DNA of 64,000 nucleotides from the NCBI GenBank assembly GCA_965207735.1, contig OZ242296.1, positions 960,001 to 1,024,000 on the forward strand, given 5' to 3'. The notes under the pieces were generated by a model. The model saw nothing but the letters and a program-made list of their open reading frames with translations, did no database searches and was not told where the DNA came from. Source of the stretch: Candidatus Versatilivorator sp. GTDB lineage: Bacteria; Acidobacteriota; Terriglobia; Versatilivoradales; Versatilivoraceae. Positions 22,450-32,189 of the stretch are shown piece by piece. Every line of letters begins with the position of its first letter. The stretch's first letter is position 1. Made by a program: the position numbers and the translations under genes.

Positions 22450-24774
22450 ATGAGCGGCTATTGGCGTTGGGTCCTGAAGCAGTCGGTCTGGGTCCTTCTT
22501 TTGCTGGGAGCCGTCGGTGCCCTGCTGCTCCCCGCCCTCGACGACCTCGAGATCAACACCGCACCCTCCACCCTGATTCTCGCCGACTCCCCGGCCAACC
22601 TTTTCCACCAGAAAACACGCCGGATTTTCGGCAATGACGAAGTCCTGCTGATCGGTCTCACGGTCGACAACCTGCTCCAACCGGACACCCTCTCTTCCAT
22701 TCGGCAAGTCACCCGGGACATCGAGGCGATTCCCGGGGTAAGGCGGGTCCTGAGCCTCACCAATACGCTGGACATTCTGGAAAGAGACGGCGCCGTCGAA
22801 ATCTCCCTCCTGATTCCCGAATCCCCGGAACAGTTGGATCTGCAGGCATTACGGGCCCGCCTCCGCGACAACCCCCTGTTCGATAAGGAGTTGATCTCTT
22901 CAGATTTGAGGACCACCTCCCTACTGGTATTCCTGGAGGAACGATCCTCCGGGAGCGAAGACCGGATGAGTCGCCTCGTCCCCGACATCCGGACCGCCGC
23001 AGCCCCGCTCGCTCGCCTTGGACACCTCTTCTTCGGAGGAGTTCCGGAAATGGAAACTGCCGGAATGCGGAACATGATCCGGGACCTCTGGGTCTTTACT
23101 CCCATCACCGTGCTGCTGGTGATGGTGATTCTGACCTTCGACTTTCACGCCCGCCGCGGCGTCGCTCTGCCGCTGCTGGCAATTGGACTGACCCTGGTAT
23201 GCACCCTGGCGGCTATGGTGATGGGCGGATTCCCACTGAAACCCACCACTCTGGTGCTGCCCTCGCTGCTGATCGCCAACGGAAGCGCCTATACGATTCA
23301 CCTCCTCACTCATTACTACCAGTGCCTGCTTCAGGCCTATGACCGGGAATCCTCCGGGGGCCAGGGCCGACTCTCCCGGCAGCAATATCGGGAGGTTCTG
23401 GCCGAGAGCCTTCACCGCGCCCACAGACCGATTGCCACTTCAGCTTTCACCACCATGGCCGGCTTCGCCGCCCTCATATTCAATCGAATTCCGGCCATCC
23501 GCGATCTGGGGCTCTTCGCCGTCCTGGGTGTCTTCCTGAGCTATGTCTTCTGTATGCACTTGATTCCGGCAATCCTGGTCTACCTGCCCGTCCCATCCAG
23601 GCACCGCATTTCCGGGCACGAGCGCAGCCATCGACACACTTTTTTCGAGAAACTGGGCCACTTCAATCTCAAACACCGCCGTTGGATCTATTCGATCGCG
23701 GGTCTGTGCGCCGTCCTGGGATTGGCAGGCGCCTTCCAGGTAAAGGTTCGAACCGATTATCTCGGACACTTCCGGGACTCGGCGCCCGTGGTACAGGCCA
23801 CCAGAACCTTCGAGAAGCATCTTTCCGGGTTATCCGGCTTTTCCATCGTGATCGAGAGCAGGGACCAATCGCCCCTGACCGACCCGGCCACCCTGAGCGC
23901 CGTGGATCAGATCCAGCAGCGATTGCAGGATTTTCCCGGCGTGGATCGAACCCTCTCGATCGTCGACAGCATGAAACTGCTGAATCAAGCCCTTCACCAG
24001 AACCAGTCTGCCTTTTTCAGCCTTCCCGGCCAGCAGGACATCCTGGAGGAAATGCTGGAGCTGATCGAATCCGATCCGCGAGAATTGAGCCGTGATTTTC
24101 TCTCCGAGGATCACACGGCACTGCGCATTCTGGTCCGGTCTTCGCTGTTCGAATCCACACAGTTGAAAGCGCTCACCGACCAGGTCGGCAAGTTGGCCGC
24201 CCCGTTACTCCCTCCAACCGCGCAACTGCAAACCACCGGTACGCTGGTCCTGATGAACCTGACCTCGGATCAACTGGCGAGGGAACAAGTGAAGAGCCTG
24301 CTGCTTTCGGTGACCTTCATCTTCACCATCCTGATCTTCCTCTGCCGATCCTTCAAGGTGGGCCTGATGTGCATGATCCCGGCCGGCCTGCCCGTCCTGA
24401 TGTTCTTCGGCCTGCTGGGCTGGAGCGGCCTTTCGCTGAACGTGAACACCAGCGTCATTGCCGCCATCGCCATCGGAATCGGCGTCGACAACTGCATCCA
24501 GTACCTGGTCCGGTTCCAGCGCTGCCGAAAGGAAGGACTGTCCCCCCAGGCCTCCGCCCGCCAAAGTCTTACCAGAGCCGGGGGGCCCATGTCGGCGGCC
24601 GCGGCCGTGGTGGTGCTGGGATTTCTGGTCTTCGGGTTGTCCCGTTTTGCGCCCGTTTCCCAGTTCGGCTTGCTTTCGGCATTCGTCATGGGGTTCAATT
24701 TAGTGACGAACCTGTTGCTCTTGCCCTCTCTTCTGCTGGTCGTGCATAGGAGTTCTCGGGCTGCGGAGGGTTAG
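22450..24774 (+). CDS. MMPL/RND family exporter
   Basis: Two repeats of TM1-periplasmic loop-TM5; SAFTTMAGF; GIGVDNCIQY. Confidence 0.85.
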   Translation: MSGYWRWVLKQSVWVLLLLGAVGALLLPALDDLEINTAPSTLILADSPANLFHQKTRRIFGNDEVLLIGLTVDNLLQPDTLSSIRQVTRDIEAIPGVRRVLSLTNTLDILERDGAVEISLLIPESPEQLDLQALRARLRDNPLFDKELISSDLRTTSLLVFLEERSSGSEDRMSRLVPDIRTAAAPLARLGHLFFGGVPEMETAGMRNMIRDLWVFTPITVLLVMVILTFDFHARRGVALPLLAIGLTLVCTLAAMVMGGFPLKPTTLVLPSLLIANGSAYTIHLLTHYYQCLLQAYDRESSGGQGRLSRQQYREVLAESLHRAHRPIATSAFTTMAGFAALIFNRIPAIRDLGLFAVLGVFLSYVFCMHLIPAILVYLPVPSRHRISGHERSHRHTFFEKLGHFNLKHRRWIYSIAGLCAVLGLAGAFQVKVRTDYLGHFRDSAPVVQATRTFEKHLSGLSGFSIVIESRDQSPLTDPATLSAVDQIQQRLQDFPGVDRTLSIVDSMKLLNQALHQNQSAFFSLPGQQDILEEMLELIESDPRELSRDFLSEDHTALRILVRSSLFESTQLKALTDQVGKLAAPLLPPTAQLQTTGTLVLMNLTSDQLAREQVKSLLLSVTFIFTILIFLCRSFKVGLMCMIPAGLPVLMFFGLLGWSGLSLNVNTSVIAAIAIGIGVDNCIQYLVRFQRCRKEGLSPQASARQSLTRAGGPMSAAAAVVVLGFLVFGLSRFAPVSQFGLLSAFVMGFNLVTNLLLLPSLLLVVHRSSRAAEG

Positions 24775-24799
24775 CTGCATTCTCCCCGAGGGAATCCCA

Positions 24800-25600
24800 A
24801 TGAAGCCTCGGCGACTGTTGATCCCCTGCATTTACCTGGCGCTGGTATCCCCGGCTCTGGCCGATGAGCGTGGGGACGAGTTGATCGCTGCCTACCTGGA
24901 CCAGGCCGCCCGCAAGAATGCGCGTGTCACCGTCCAGGTGAAGCACGTCAAGGGCAGCCAACCTCCCATCCTACTGGCCTTCACCTGGATGAGACGTGTT
25001 CAGGCAAAGCTGACCTCCCACTTCATTCGCATGGAGGCTCCCGAGTCCGAACAGGGAAAGCTCCTCCTGGTCCACGAACGACCCGACGGTTCCTCCGATT
25101 TCGTGGCCTATCGCCCCCAAAGCGCGCTCAGGAAAAAGGTTCGAATTTCCGGCGCCCGCCATTACAAGTACAAAAGCCTTCGAATCTCGGTCCAGGAGCT
25201 GATTGGCGGGGAGTTGGCCAAATACACCCACCACTTCCTGGGCAGTCGGGAAATCGGAGGGGTACACTGCCACCTGGTGGAGAACCGGCTCAAGCCCGAA
25301 TTCATCGGCAAGAGCGATTTCCTCCGTTCCATCCTGGCTTTGAGCGCGGACAGCATGACCATGGTCCAGTGGGAGCTGTACGACCGGACCAACCGATTGG
25401 CGAGAAAGATCGTGGCCACCGAAACCAAGGTCGTCGAGGGAACACCCACGGTGACCCAGGCTCAGATCAGCAATCCCCAACGAAACTCCCGGCTCCAATG
25501 GACGGTACAGTCCATCGAATTCGATCCCTCATTCGAACCCGATCTGTTTCGGAAAGAGTCCCTCCAGCGCCAAACCGCCTCGCCGACTTCCCCGAAATAG
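24800..25600 (+). CDS. Outer-membrane lipoprotein-sorting (LolA-like) protein
   Basis: Signal peptide; FIRMEAPESEQGKLLL; beta-rich; directly downstream of the RND exporter. Confidence 0.65.
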   Translation: MKPRRLLIPCIYLALVSPALADERGDELIAAYLDQAARKNARVTVQVKHVKGSQPPILLAFTWMRRVQAKLTSHFIRMEAPESEQGKLLLVHERPDGSSDFVAYRPQSALRKKVRISGARHYKYKSLRISVQELIGGELAKYTHHFLGSREIGGVHCHLVENRLKPEFIGKSDFLRSILALSADSMTMVQWELYDRTNRLARKIVATETKVVEGTPTVTQAQISNPQRNSRLQWTVQSIEFDPSFEPDLFRKESLQRQTASPTSPK

Positions 25601-25657
25601 TTCCTTCCTCACGACCCTTGGCGGAACCCACTCGAGTCTTCTCCAACCCCTTCATGG

Positions 25658-26029
25658 CTTGTCTGAAACAACCGAAAAACGACAAGAGACAAAAGAAAAA
25701 GACTTATCCACGAAGGGGCGCGAAGAACGACGAAGGGGCACGAAGGCGCTGAGGTTAACCGCGACGGGATACAAGTTCGCGAAAGGATTGTCGATTTCTG
25801 ATTGTTTCACTCTCGAATGATCCGCCCGGCAGGGCGGGGGCGGGACTTGTCTGAAACAACCGAAAAAAGACAAAAGAAAAAAGACTTATCCACGAAGGGG
25901 CACGAAGAACAACGAAGGGACACTAAGGCGCTGAGGTTGACCGCGACGGGATACCAAGTTCACGAAGGCACTATCGATTTCCGATTGTTTCACTCTATGT
26001 ATGATCCGCACACCAGGGCGGGGGCCCGG
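25658..26029 (+). repeat. Tandem direct repeat, two ~185-bp units
   Basis: Units start CTTGTCTGAAACAACCGAAAAA at 25658 and 25846; share GACTTATCCACGAAGGGG, GGCGCTGAGGTT.ACCGCGACGGGATAC and GATTGTTTCACTCT; a third CTTGTC begins at 26030. Confidence 0.88.
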
Positions 26030-26079
26030 CTTGTCGGGAACAAGGGCCATGTCGTGCAGAACCGGTTTTCCATTTATTG

Positions 26080-26287
26080 AACATGGATGCACAGGATAAA
26101 CAGGATAAACAGCACGAGAGGCTGTGCCACCGAAGCAGACCCGCTTGATGATCGGGTGGGTGTTGGAAGTAGTCCAAGAGCCCGGGAGCGGGTTTTGGGA
26201 AATCCGTGTTGGAACAGAGGCGATGGTTGAACTCAAGACGGTGGAAACTCTCGCCCAATAATCCTGTGCATCCTGTGCATCCATGTT
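26080..26287 (+). mobile_element. MITE-like element containing an internally deleted GxxExxY-family gene
   Basis: Terminal inverted repeats AACATGGATGCACAGGAT (18 bp perfect, 9-bp sub-repeats); interior translates LMIGWVLEVVQEPGSGFWE...MVELKTVETLAQ*. Confidence 0.65.
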
Positions 26288-26387
26288 AATAAACCAACTA
26301 CCCATGCGTGCCTTTGAACCGGTTTCCCACCACCCGGCACAAGGCATTGTTTCAAACAAACATCATTGCGTCGGCTTGTGCTTCACT

Positions 26388-26495
26388 TGGGCTCACCGGC
26401 ATTTGCTGCCGCCGCCTACGCGGCTCGACATCCATACGCAACGATTCCCATGGGTTGACGCCCACGGCTAAGTGCTGCCGCGGCTTGGCCGCTCT
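26388..26495. repeat. REP-like intergenic element
   Basis: CCGCCGCCTACGCGGCT shared with ~9793-9809; short hairpins such as CCCATGGGTTGACGCCCACGG. Confidence 0.45.
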
Positions 26496-26657
26496 CAAGG
26501 AAGAGCGAAATTTGGGGGAGGGCGCAGGAGATGTTACCCTATCGCTGTTTGGCGGGAATGCGCCGCCGGCAGGCAAAGCCCCGTGACATATCCGGGCTGC
26601 TCGGCGGCCGGTGCCGATCTTGACCGAGATGTTCGGAGGCCATCAAGGAGCGTTGCA

Positions 26658-27680
26658 GTGGCAATCCCAAAGGTCGCCATCATTGGAGCCAGCGGATACT
26701 CGGGCTCGGAGATTGTCCGATTGCTGTTAGCCCACCCCGAGGTGGAACTGACGACGCTGATGACCGCCAACCGGGAGCGAACCGGAACCCGGCTCTACAG
26801 TGACGAACTGAGACAGTTCCGCCATCGTTGCGACCTGCAGATCGAGCCCCTGGACTACGACCTTCTCCAGCAACGAGAGATCTCCCTGGTGTTTCTGGCC
26901 ACACCGAACCAGACCGCTCACGACCTGGCTCCCGAACTCCTCAAGAGGCGGCTGCGTCTGATCGATCTGAGTGGGGCGTTTCGGCTGAGAGATGCCGGAC
27001 TCTACCCTCGCTGGTACGGATTCGAACACCGGTTTGCACAGCACCTGTCGGAGGCCGTCTATGGACTTACCGAGGTGGTACGCCCGGCAATCCGGGAGGC
27101 TCGACTCGTGGCCAATCCGGGCTGCTATCCCACTTCGGCTCTACTCCCCCTGATTCCGCTGCATCAGGCCGGCATGGTGGCTCCTCAGAGCCGGATTGTC
27201 TGCGACTCCAAGTCGGGGGTGAGCGGAGCAGGAAAGACACCGTCCTCAAACACGCACTTTTCCGAAGTCACGGAAAGCTTCAAGGCCTACAACGTCTGGC
27301 GTCACCGGCATTCTCCAGAAATCTGGCAAGAGCTGGGTCACCAGCGTCTCATTTTCACGGCCCATCTGCTGCCCATCAACCGGGGCATCCTCTCGACCAT
27401 CTATATAAGGACTGCAAGCTCCGCTTCGCCCGCGGAGGTCAGCGCCTGCCTGAAGCAGGCTTATGCCCGGGAACCCCTCATCCGCCTGTACCCCGAAGGT
27501 GAGTTTCCGGAGGTGAAACACGTGGCCCACACCAATTTCTGCGATATCGGCTGGTGTCAGCAGGACCTGGATCTCATCATCGTGTCCACCATCGACAACC
27601 TGGGCAAGGGAGCAGCCGGCCAGGCGGTTCAAAACATGAATGTCATGCTGGGACTGGAGGAAACCCTGGGCCTGCTGTAA
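26658..27680 (+). CDS. argC: N-acetyl-gamma-glutamyl-phosphate reductase
   Basis: IIGASGYSG, IDLSGAFR, ANPGCYPT, SGVSGAG, DNLGKGAAGQA; GTG start after AAGGAG. Confidence 0.96.
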   Translation: MAIPKVAIIGASGYSGSEIVRLLLAHPEVELTTLMTANRERTGTRLYSDELRQFRHRCDLQIEPLDYDLLQQREISLVFLATPNQTAHDLAPELLKRRLRLIDLSGAFRLRDAGLYPRWYGFEHRFAQHLSEAVYGLTEVVRPAIREARLVANPGCYPTSALLPLIPLHQAGMVAPQSRIVCDSKSGVSGAGKTPSSNTHFSEVTESFKAYNVWRHRHSPEIWQELGHQRLIFTAHLLPINRGILSTIYIRTASSASPAEVSACLKQAYAREPLIRLYPEGEFPEVKHVAHTNFCDIGWCQQDLDLIIVSTIDNLGKGAAGQAVQNMNVMLGLEETLGLL

Positions 27681-27741
27681 CCGTCCGGTCGGCCCTGTCT
27701 CCGGGGGGTTCGGGAAGAGTTTCCAAACGGGAGGCGCTGTC

Positions 27742-28536
27742 GTGCGTTTGGTCGTCAAACTGGGCGGAAGCTTGTTGACGGAACCCGGGCTTCTCCATAG
27801 AATTGTCGCCCAACTTCTGGGCCTGAGGCGTCGCGGCCACCAGATTATCGTGGTTCACGGCGGCGGAAAGCAGATCAAGCATTACTTGAATGAGTTGCGC
27901 ATTCCCACAGAAACCCATAGGGGGTTGCGGGTTACCGACGCGGAGACCATGCGGGTGGTGCTGATGGTCCTGGGCGGCTTGGTCAACAAGAACATCGTAG
28001 CGGTTTTCAATGACCTGGAGGGAAGAGCGGTCGGTCTGTGCGGCGCCGACGGATCGAGCTTTCTGGCTCACAAATTCCGGGATGACCAGGAGGAGGATCC
28101 TCCCTTCGACTACGGGCAGGTAGGAGAGATCTCCCAGGGAAATCCCTCCCTGGTGGACCTGCTGCTGGAGCACAACTACTGTCCGATTATCGCCTGTATC
28201 GGAGTCGGGCCGGACGCCGCATTCTACAACGTAAACGCCGATGAGATGGCCTCGGCCGTAGCCCTCATCTGCCGGGCCGATCGGCTGATCTTTCTCACCG
28301 ATGTCCCGGGCGTGCTGGATGCCGACCGTCAGGTCATTCCCCAACTCAGCCGGACGGAAATGGAGCGTCTGCGGAGTGAGGGCGTGATTTCGGAGGGCAT
28401 GCTTCCCAAGACGCGTGCCTGTGAACGGGCCATCCGGGAAGGACTCTCCCAGGTGCATATTGTGGGCGGGAAAGAGGAAGACTGCCTGGTTCGGCTGCTG
28501 CAAAACGGTGAGCCCCTGGGGACGGCGATCCACTGA
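27742..28536 (+). CDS. argB: Acetylglutamate kinase
   Basis: VVKLGGS, VHGGG, GLRVTD, NVNAD, LTDVPGV, GMLPK. Confidence 0.95.
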   Translation: MRLVVKLGGSLLTEPGLLHRIVAQLLGLRRRGHQIIVVHGGGKQIKHYLNELRIPTETHRGLRVTDAETMRVVLMVLGGLVNKNIVAVFNDLEGRAVGLCGADGSSFLAHKFRDDQEEDPPFDYGQVGEISQGNPSLVDLLLEHNYCPIIACIGVGPDAAFYNVNADEMASAVALICRADRLIFLTDVPGVLDADRQVIPQLSRTEMERLRSEGVISEGMLPKTRACERAIREGLSQVHIVGGKEEDCLVRLLQNGEPLGTAIH

Positions 28537-28659
28537 CGGTGGCTGCGCTCGCACTGCTCCCCGGGATTGGATACCGCTCCCATCGGTTCCCGGGTCAGTC
28601 TCTTGGGAGCTCCCCGGCGCTGTCCACGGCGCCCCACTCACGGTTCGGAGGACTTTTCG

Positions 28660-29865
28660 ATGAATCTGAAACAAATCGAGGAATTCGAGTCCCAGGTCCT
28701 GTTCAGCAACTACAAGAAGTATCCCCTTTTTGTGCAAAAGGGCCGCAAGTGCATGCTTTACGACTTTGAGGGCAAGCGTTACCTCGATCTGCTATCCGGC
28801 ATCGCCGTCAGCGCCTTGGGCTACAATCACCCGCGCATCACCAACGTAATGCGCAAGCAGCTCAAGAAGTTGGTCCACATCTCCAACCTCTTCTATCACC
28901 CCTATCAGGCCTTGCTGGCCCGGAAGCTGCTGGAAATCTCGGGAATGGAGCGGGCATTCTTCTGCAACAGCGGCACCGAGGCCGTGGAAGCCTCCTTCAA
29001 GCTGGCTCGGGGCTATGCCTACAAGAACAAGCTGGGCGAAGACAAGAACCAGGTTCTGACGCTGGACGATTCCTTCCATGGACGGACTTATGGAAGCCTT
29101 TCCGCCACCTACAACGACACCTATCGGACCCCCTTCGGACCCCTGGTCCCGGGGTTTCAGTTTGTGAAGCGCAACGAGGTGGAAGACCTGCAAGCCAAGT
29201 TCAATGACAAGGTCTGCGCCATTGTCATCGAACCCATCCAGGGCGAGGGCGGAGTGCACTCCTGTTCCCGGGAATTTCTGCAAGCGGCGCGTGACCTCTG
29301 CCAAAAACACCGGGCTTTGCTCATTTTCGACGAGATCCAGAGCGGCCTGGGACGAACGGGGCGCTACTTCTACTTCCAGAAGTTCGGTATCCGACCGGAC
29401 ATCATTACTCTCGCCAAGCCACTGGGGGTAGGCTTGCCGCTGGGTTCGGTGCTGACCTCCAAAGAGATCTCCTTGACCTTTGGACCCGGCGACCACGGAA
29501 CCACCTTCGGAGGAGGCCCCCTGGCTTGCCGCATGGGTTTCGAATTCATCAAGGTCCTTCAGGAAGAAGGGTTTCTGGCGGGAATTCGCGAGAAAGGGGA
29601 GTTTTTCAAGCAGAAACTGCTGGATCTGAAACGGAAGTATTCCTTCGTGGTGGATGTGCGCGGCGAGGGGCTGATGCTGGCTATTGAAGTCAACTTTCCG
29701 GCCCGGGAGATCGTCAACCAGTGCCTGGAGGCCGGTTTTGTGATCAACGTGACCGCCAACACGGTGCTGCGTTTTCTTCCACCCTATATCATCACCAAAA
29801 AAGAGATCGCTCGCTTTGTCAAAGCCCTCGACAAAATTTTCTCCAAAGTTCCCGCCGCTCAATAG
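28660..29865 (+). CDS. argD: Acetylornithine aminotransferase
   Basis: NSGTEAVE, SFHGRT, EPIQGEGG, DEIQSGLGRTG, TLAKPLG, HGTTFGG; arg operon context. Confidence 0.93.
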   Translation: MNLKQIEEFESQVLFSNYKKYPLFVQKGRKCMLYDFEGKRYLDLLSGIAVSALGYNHPRITNVMRKQLKKLVHISNLFYHPYQALLARKLLEISGMERAFFCNSGTEAVEASFKLARGYAYKNKLGEDKNQVLTLDDSFHGRTYGSLSATYNDTYRTPFGPLVPGFQFVKRNEVEDLQAKFNDKVCAIVIEPIQGEGGVHSCSREFLQAARDLCQKHRALLIFDEIQSGLGRTGRYFYFQKFGIRPDIITLAKPLGVGLPLGSVLTSKEISLTFGPGDHGTTFGGGPLACRMGFEFIKVLQEEGFLAGIREKGEFFKQKLLDLKRKYSFVVDVRGEGLMLAIEVNFPAREIVNQCLEAGFVINVTANTVLRFLPPYIITKKEIARFVKALDKIFSKVPAAQ

Positions 29866-29945
29866 GGCTCGGAGCATCCCGGCGGCAACCAACGGGCCCC
29901 GGTGCATCCCTGCACCTCCGGCCCTCAGGCCCAGGGGCGGTGCTC

Positions 29946-30905
29946 ATGTCTGATCCCGCCGCGCACGGTTCAGCCTCCAGGGAGCGTCTCGGCGTCTCCG
30001 ATCTGTTGTCCATTCAGGACCTGACTCCCGAGGACATCCGGCTCATCTTCACGGTCACCCGTCGAATCAAGCAGGCCCCTGACGAATTCGCCCGCAGCCT
30101 GAAGGGTAAGACACTGGCCATGATCTTCGAGAAGCCGTCCCTGAGAACGCGGGCGACCTTCGACGTGGGCATGACCAGCATGGGAGGACAGGCCCTGTTT
30201 TTGGACCACAGCGACGCCAAGCTGGGAGAACGGGAATCCATCAAGGACGTGGCGCGCAATCTGGAGCGCTGGGTCCACGGGATCGTGGCCCGCACCTACA
30301 AGAACCGCTCGGTGGTAGAGTTGGCGGAACATGCCCGGATTCCGGTGATCAACGGACTCACGGATCTGCTGCACCCCTGCCAGGCCCTGGCGGACTACTT
30401 CACCCTGAGCGAGAAGCTGGCCTTGGGCTCCGGTGTCAGACTCTGCTTTGTGGGAGACGGCAACAATACCTGTCACTCTCTGATCCTGGGGGCCGCCCGG
30501 CTGGGAATTCACTTGTCGGTGGCCACCCCGGCGGGCTATGAACCCAACCCCGAGATCGTCCGTGCCGCCATGCGCACGGCTGCCGGCACCGGCGCCACCA
30601 TCGCGATTTTGAGAAATCCCAGGGAAGCCGTCCGGGGGGCGCAAGCTGTCTACACCGACGTATGGGCCAGCATGGGTCAGGAAGCGGAGACGGAAGACCG
30701 GGCAGCGGTATTTGCCGGCTATCAAGTAAACAGCGAACTGATGGAGCTGGCCGACAGGGAGGCGTTGTTCATGCACTGCTTGCCCGCTCATCGCGGCTAT
30801 GAAGTGGCGCCCCAGGTGATCGACTCGCCGCAATCGGCGGTCTACGACCAGGCCGAGAATCGCCTTCACGTTCAAAAGGCCTTGCTGTTGCTGCTGATGA
30901 GTTAG
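29946..30905 (+). CDS. argF: Ornithine carbamoyltransferase
   Basis: FEKPSLRT, HPCQ, GDGNN, YTDVWASMG, MHCLP. Confidence 0.96.
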   Translation: MSDPAAHGSASRERLGVSDLLSIQDLTPEDIRLIFTVTRRIKQAPDEFARSLKGKTLAMIFEKPSLRTRATFDVGMTSMGGQALFLDHSDAKLGERESIKDVARNLERWVHGIVARTYKNRSVVELAEHARIPVINGLTDLLHPCQALADYFTLSEKLALGSGVRLCFVGDGNNTCHSLILGAARLGIHLSVATPAGYEPNPEIVRAAMRTAAGTGATIAILRNPREAVRGAQAVYTDVWASMGQEAETEDRAAVFAGYQVNSELMELADREALFMHCLPAHRGYEVAPQVIDSPQSAVYDQAENRLHVQKALLLLLMS

Positions 30906-30917
30906 AGGAGGTTTGCC

Positions 30918-32126
30918 GTGGTCAGGAAAGTCGTACTCGCCTATTCCGGCGGGTTGGATACCTCGATCATCATTCCCTGGCTTAAGGACAACTATGGCTG
31001 TGAAGTGATCGCCATGGCGGGCGATGTCGGCCAGGCCGAAGAGCTGGAGGGACTGCAGGAAAAGGCGCTGAAAACCGGAGCCAGCAAGCTCTACGTGGAG
31101 GATCTCAGGGAGGAGTTCATTCGGGACTATGTCTGGCCCACCTTGCGGGCCGGAGCCATTTTCGAGCGCAAATACCTGCTGGGAACCTCCATTGCCCGCC
31201 CCATTCTGGCCAAGCGCCAGGTTGAGATCGCCATCCTGGAAGGAGCGGATGCGGTGGCTCACGGTTGCACCGGCAAGGGCAACGACCAGGTCCGTTTCGA
31301 ACTCACCTACAAGGCCCTGGCTCCCCACCTGCAGGTGATTGCTCCCTGGCGGGAGTGGGACATCATATCCCGGGAGGATGCCATCGATTACGCCCACCAG
31401 CGGCGAATCCCCATCACGGCAAGCAAGGAAAAGATCTACAGCGAAGACCGCAACCTATGGCACCTCAGTCATGAAGGGGGGTCGCTGGAAGACCCGACCT
31501 CCGAACCCGAGGAATCGGTCTGGAGTCTCACCGCGGCGCCGGAGGAGGCGCCCGACCGGCCCCGTTATCTGGAAGTGGAATTCGAATCGGGGACCCCGGT
31601 CGGACTGGACGGCCGGCGCCTGGCGGCAGCCGAACTGGTCGAGCAGGCTAACCGGATTGGGGGAGAACACGGCATCGGACGGGTCGACATGGTTGAGAAT
31701 CGATTGGTGGGAATGAAGTCCAGAGGGACCTACGAGACTCCGGGCGGAACCATTCTGATGCAGGCTCATCGAGAGCTGGAGTCCATCTGCCTGGACCGGG
31801 ACACCCTGCGGGTCAAGGACACGCTGGCTCTCACCTACGCCGACCTGGTCTACAACGGGCAGTGGTTCACCCCGCTGCGCGAGGCCCTGGATGCCTTTGT
31901 GACGGCGACTCAGCAGCCGGTCAGCGGCGCCGTCCGCCTGAAACTCTACAAGGGCAACCTCACGGTGGCCTCCCGCTCCTCCCCCCACAGCCTCTACCGG
32001 GAAGACCTGGCCAGCTTCGACCAGGCCGGCGACTACCGGCAGGCAGACGCCAAGGGGTTCATCAACCTCTTCGGACTACCCGTTCAAGTCCGCGCCCTGC
32101 TTCAGCGGCAACAATCGGACCGCTGA
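30918..32126 (+). CDS. argG: Argininosuccinate synthase
   Basis: [35 protein letters not shown]. Confidence 0.97.
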   Translation: MVRKVVLAYSGGLDTSIIIPWLKDNYGCEVIAMAGDVGQAEELEGLQEKALKTGASKLYVEDLREEFIRDYVWPTLRAGAIFERKYLLGTSIARPILAKRQVEIAILEGADAVAHGCTGKGNDQVRFELTYKALAPHLQVIAPWREWDIISREDAIDYAHQRRIPITASKEKIYSEDRNLWHLSHEGGSLEDPTSEPEESVWSLTAAPEEAPDRPRYLEVEFESGTPVGLDGRRLAAAELVEQANRIGGEHGIGRVDMVENRLVGMKSRGTYETPGGTILMQAHRELESICLDRDTLRVKDTLALTYADLVYNGQWFTPLREALDAFVTATQQPVSGAVRLKLYKGNLTVASRSSPHSLYREDLASFDQAGDYRQADAKGFINLFGLPVQVRALLQRQQSDR

Positions 32127-32189
32127 GAGCGGGGTTGGCCGGCACGGTTGGACCGCGCATGATCCATATCGTGGGACGCGGTTCGCACA

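Noticed and set aside
25658-26290. Possible CRISPR array
   Set aside because: Units are ~185 bp and similar throughout; no short repeats with unique spacers and no cas genes.
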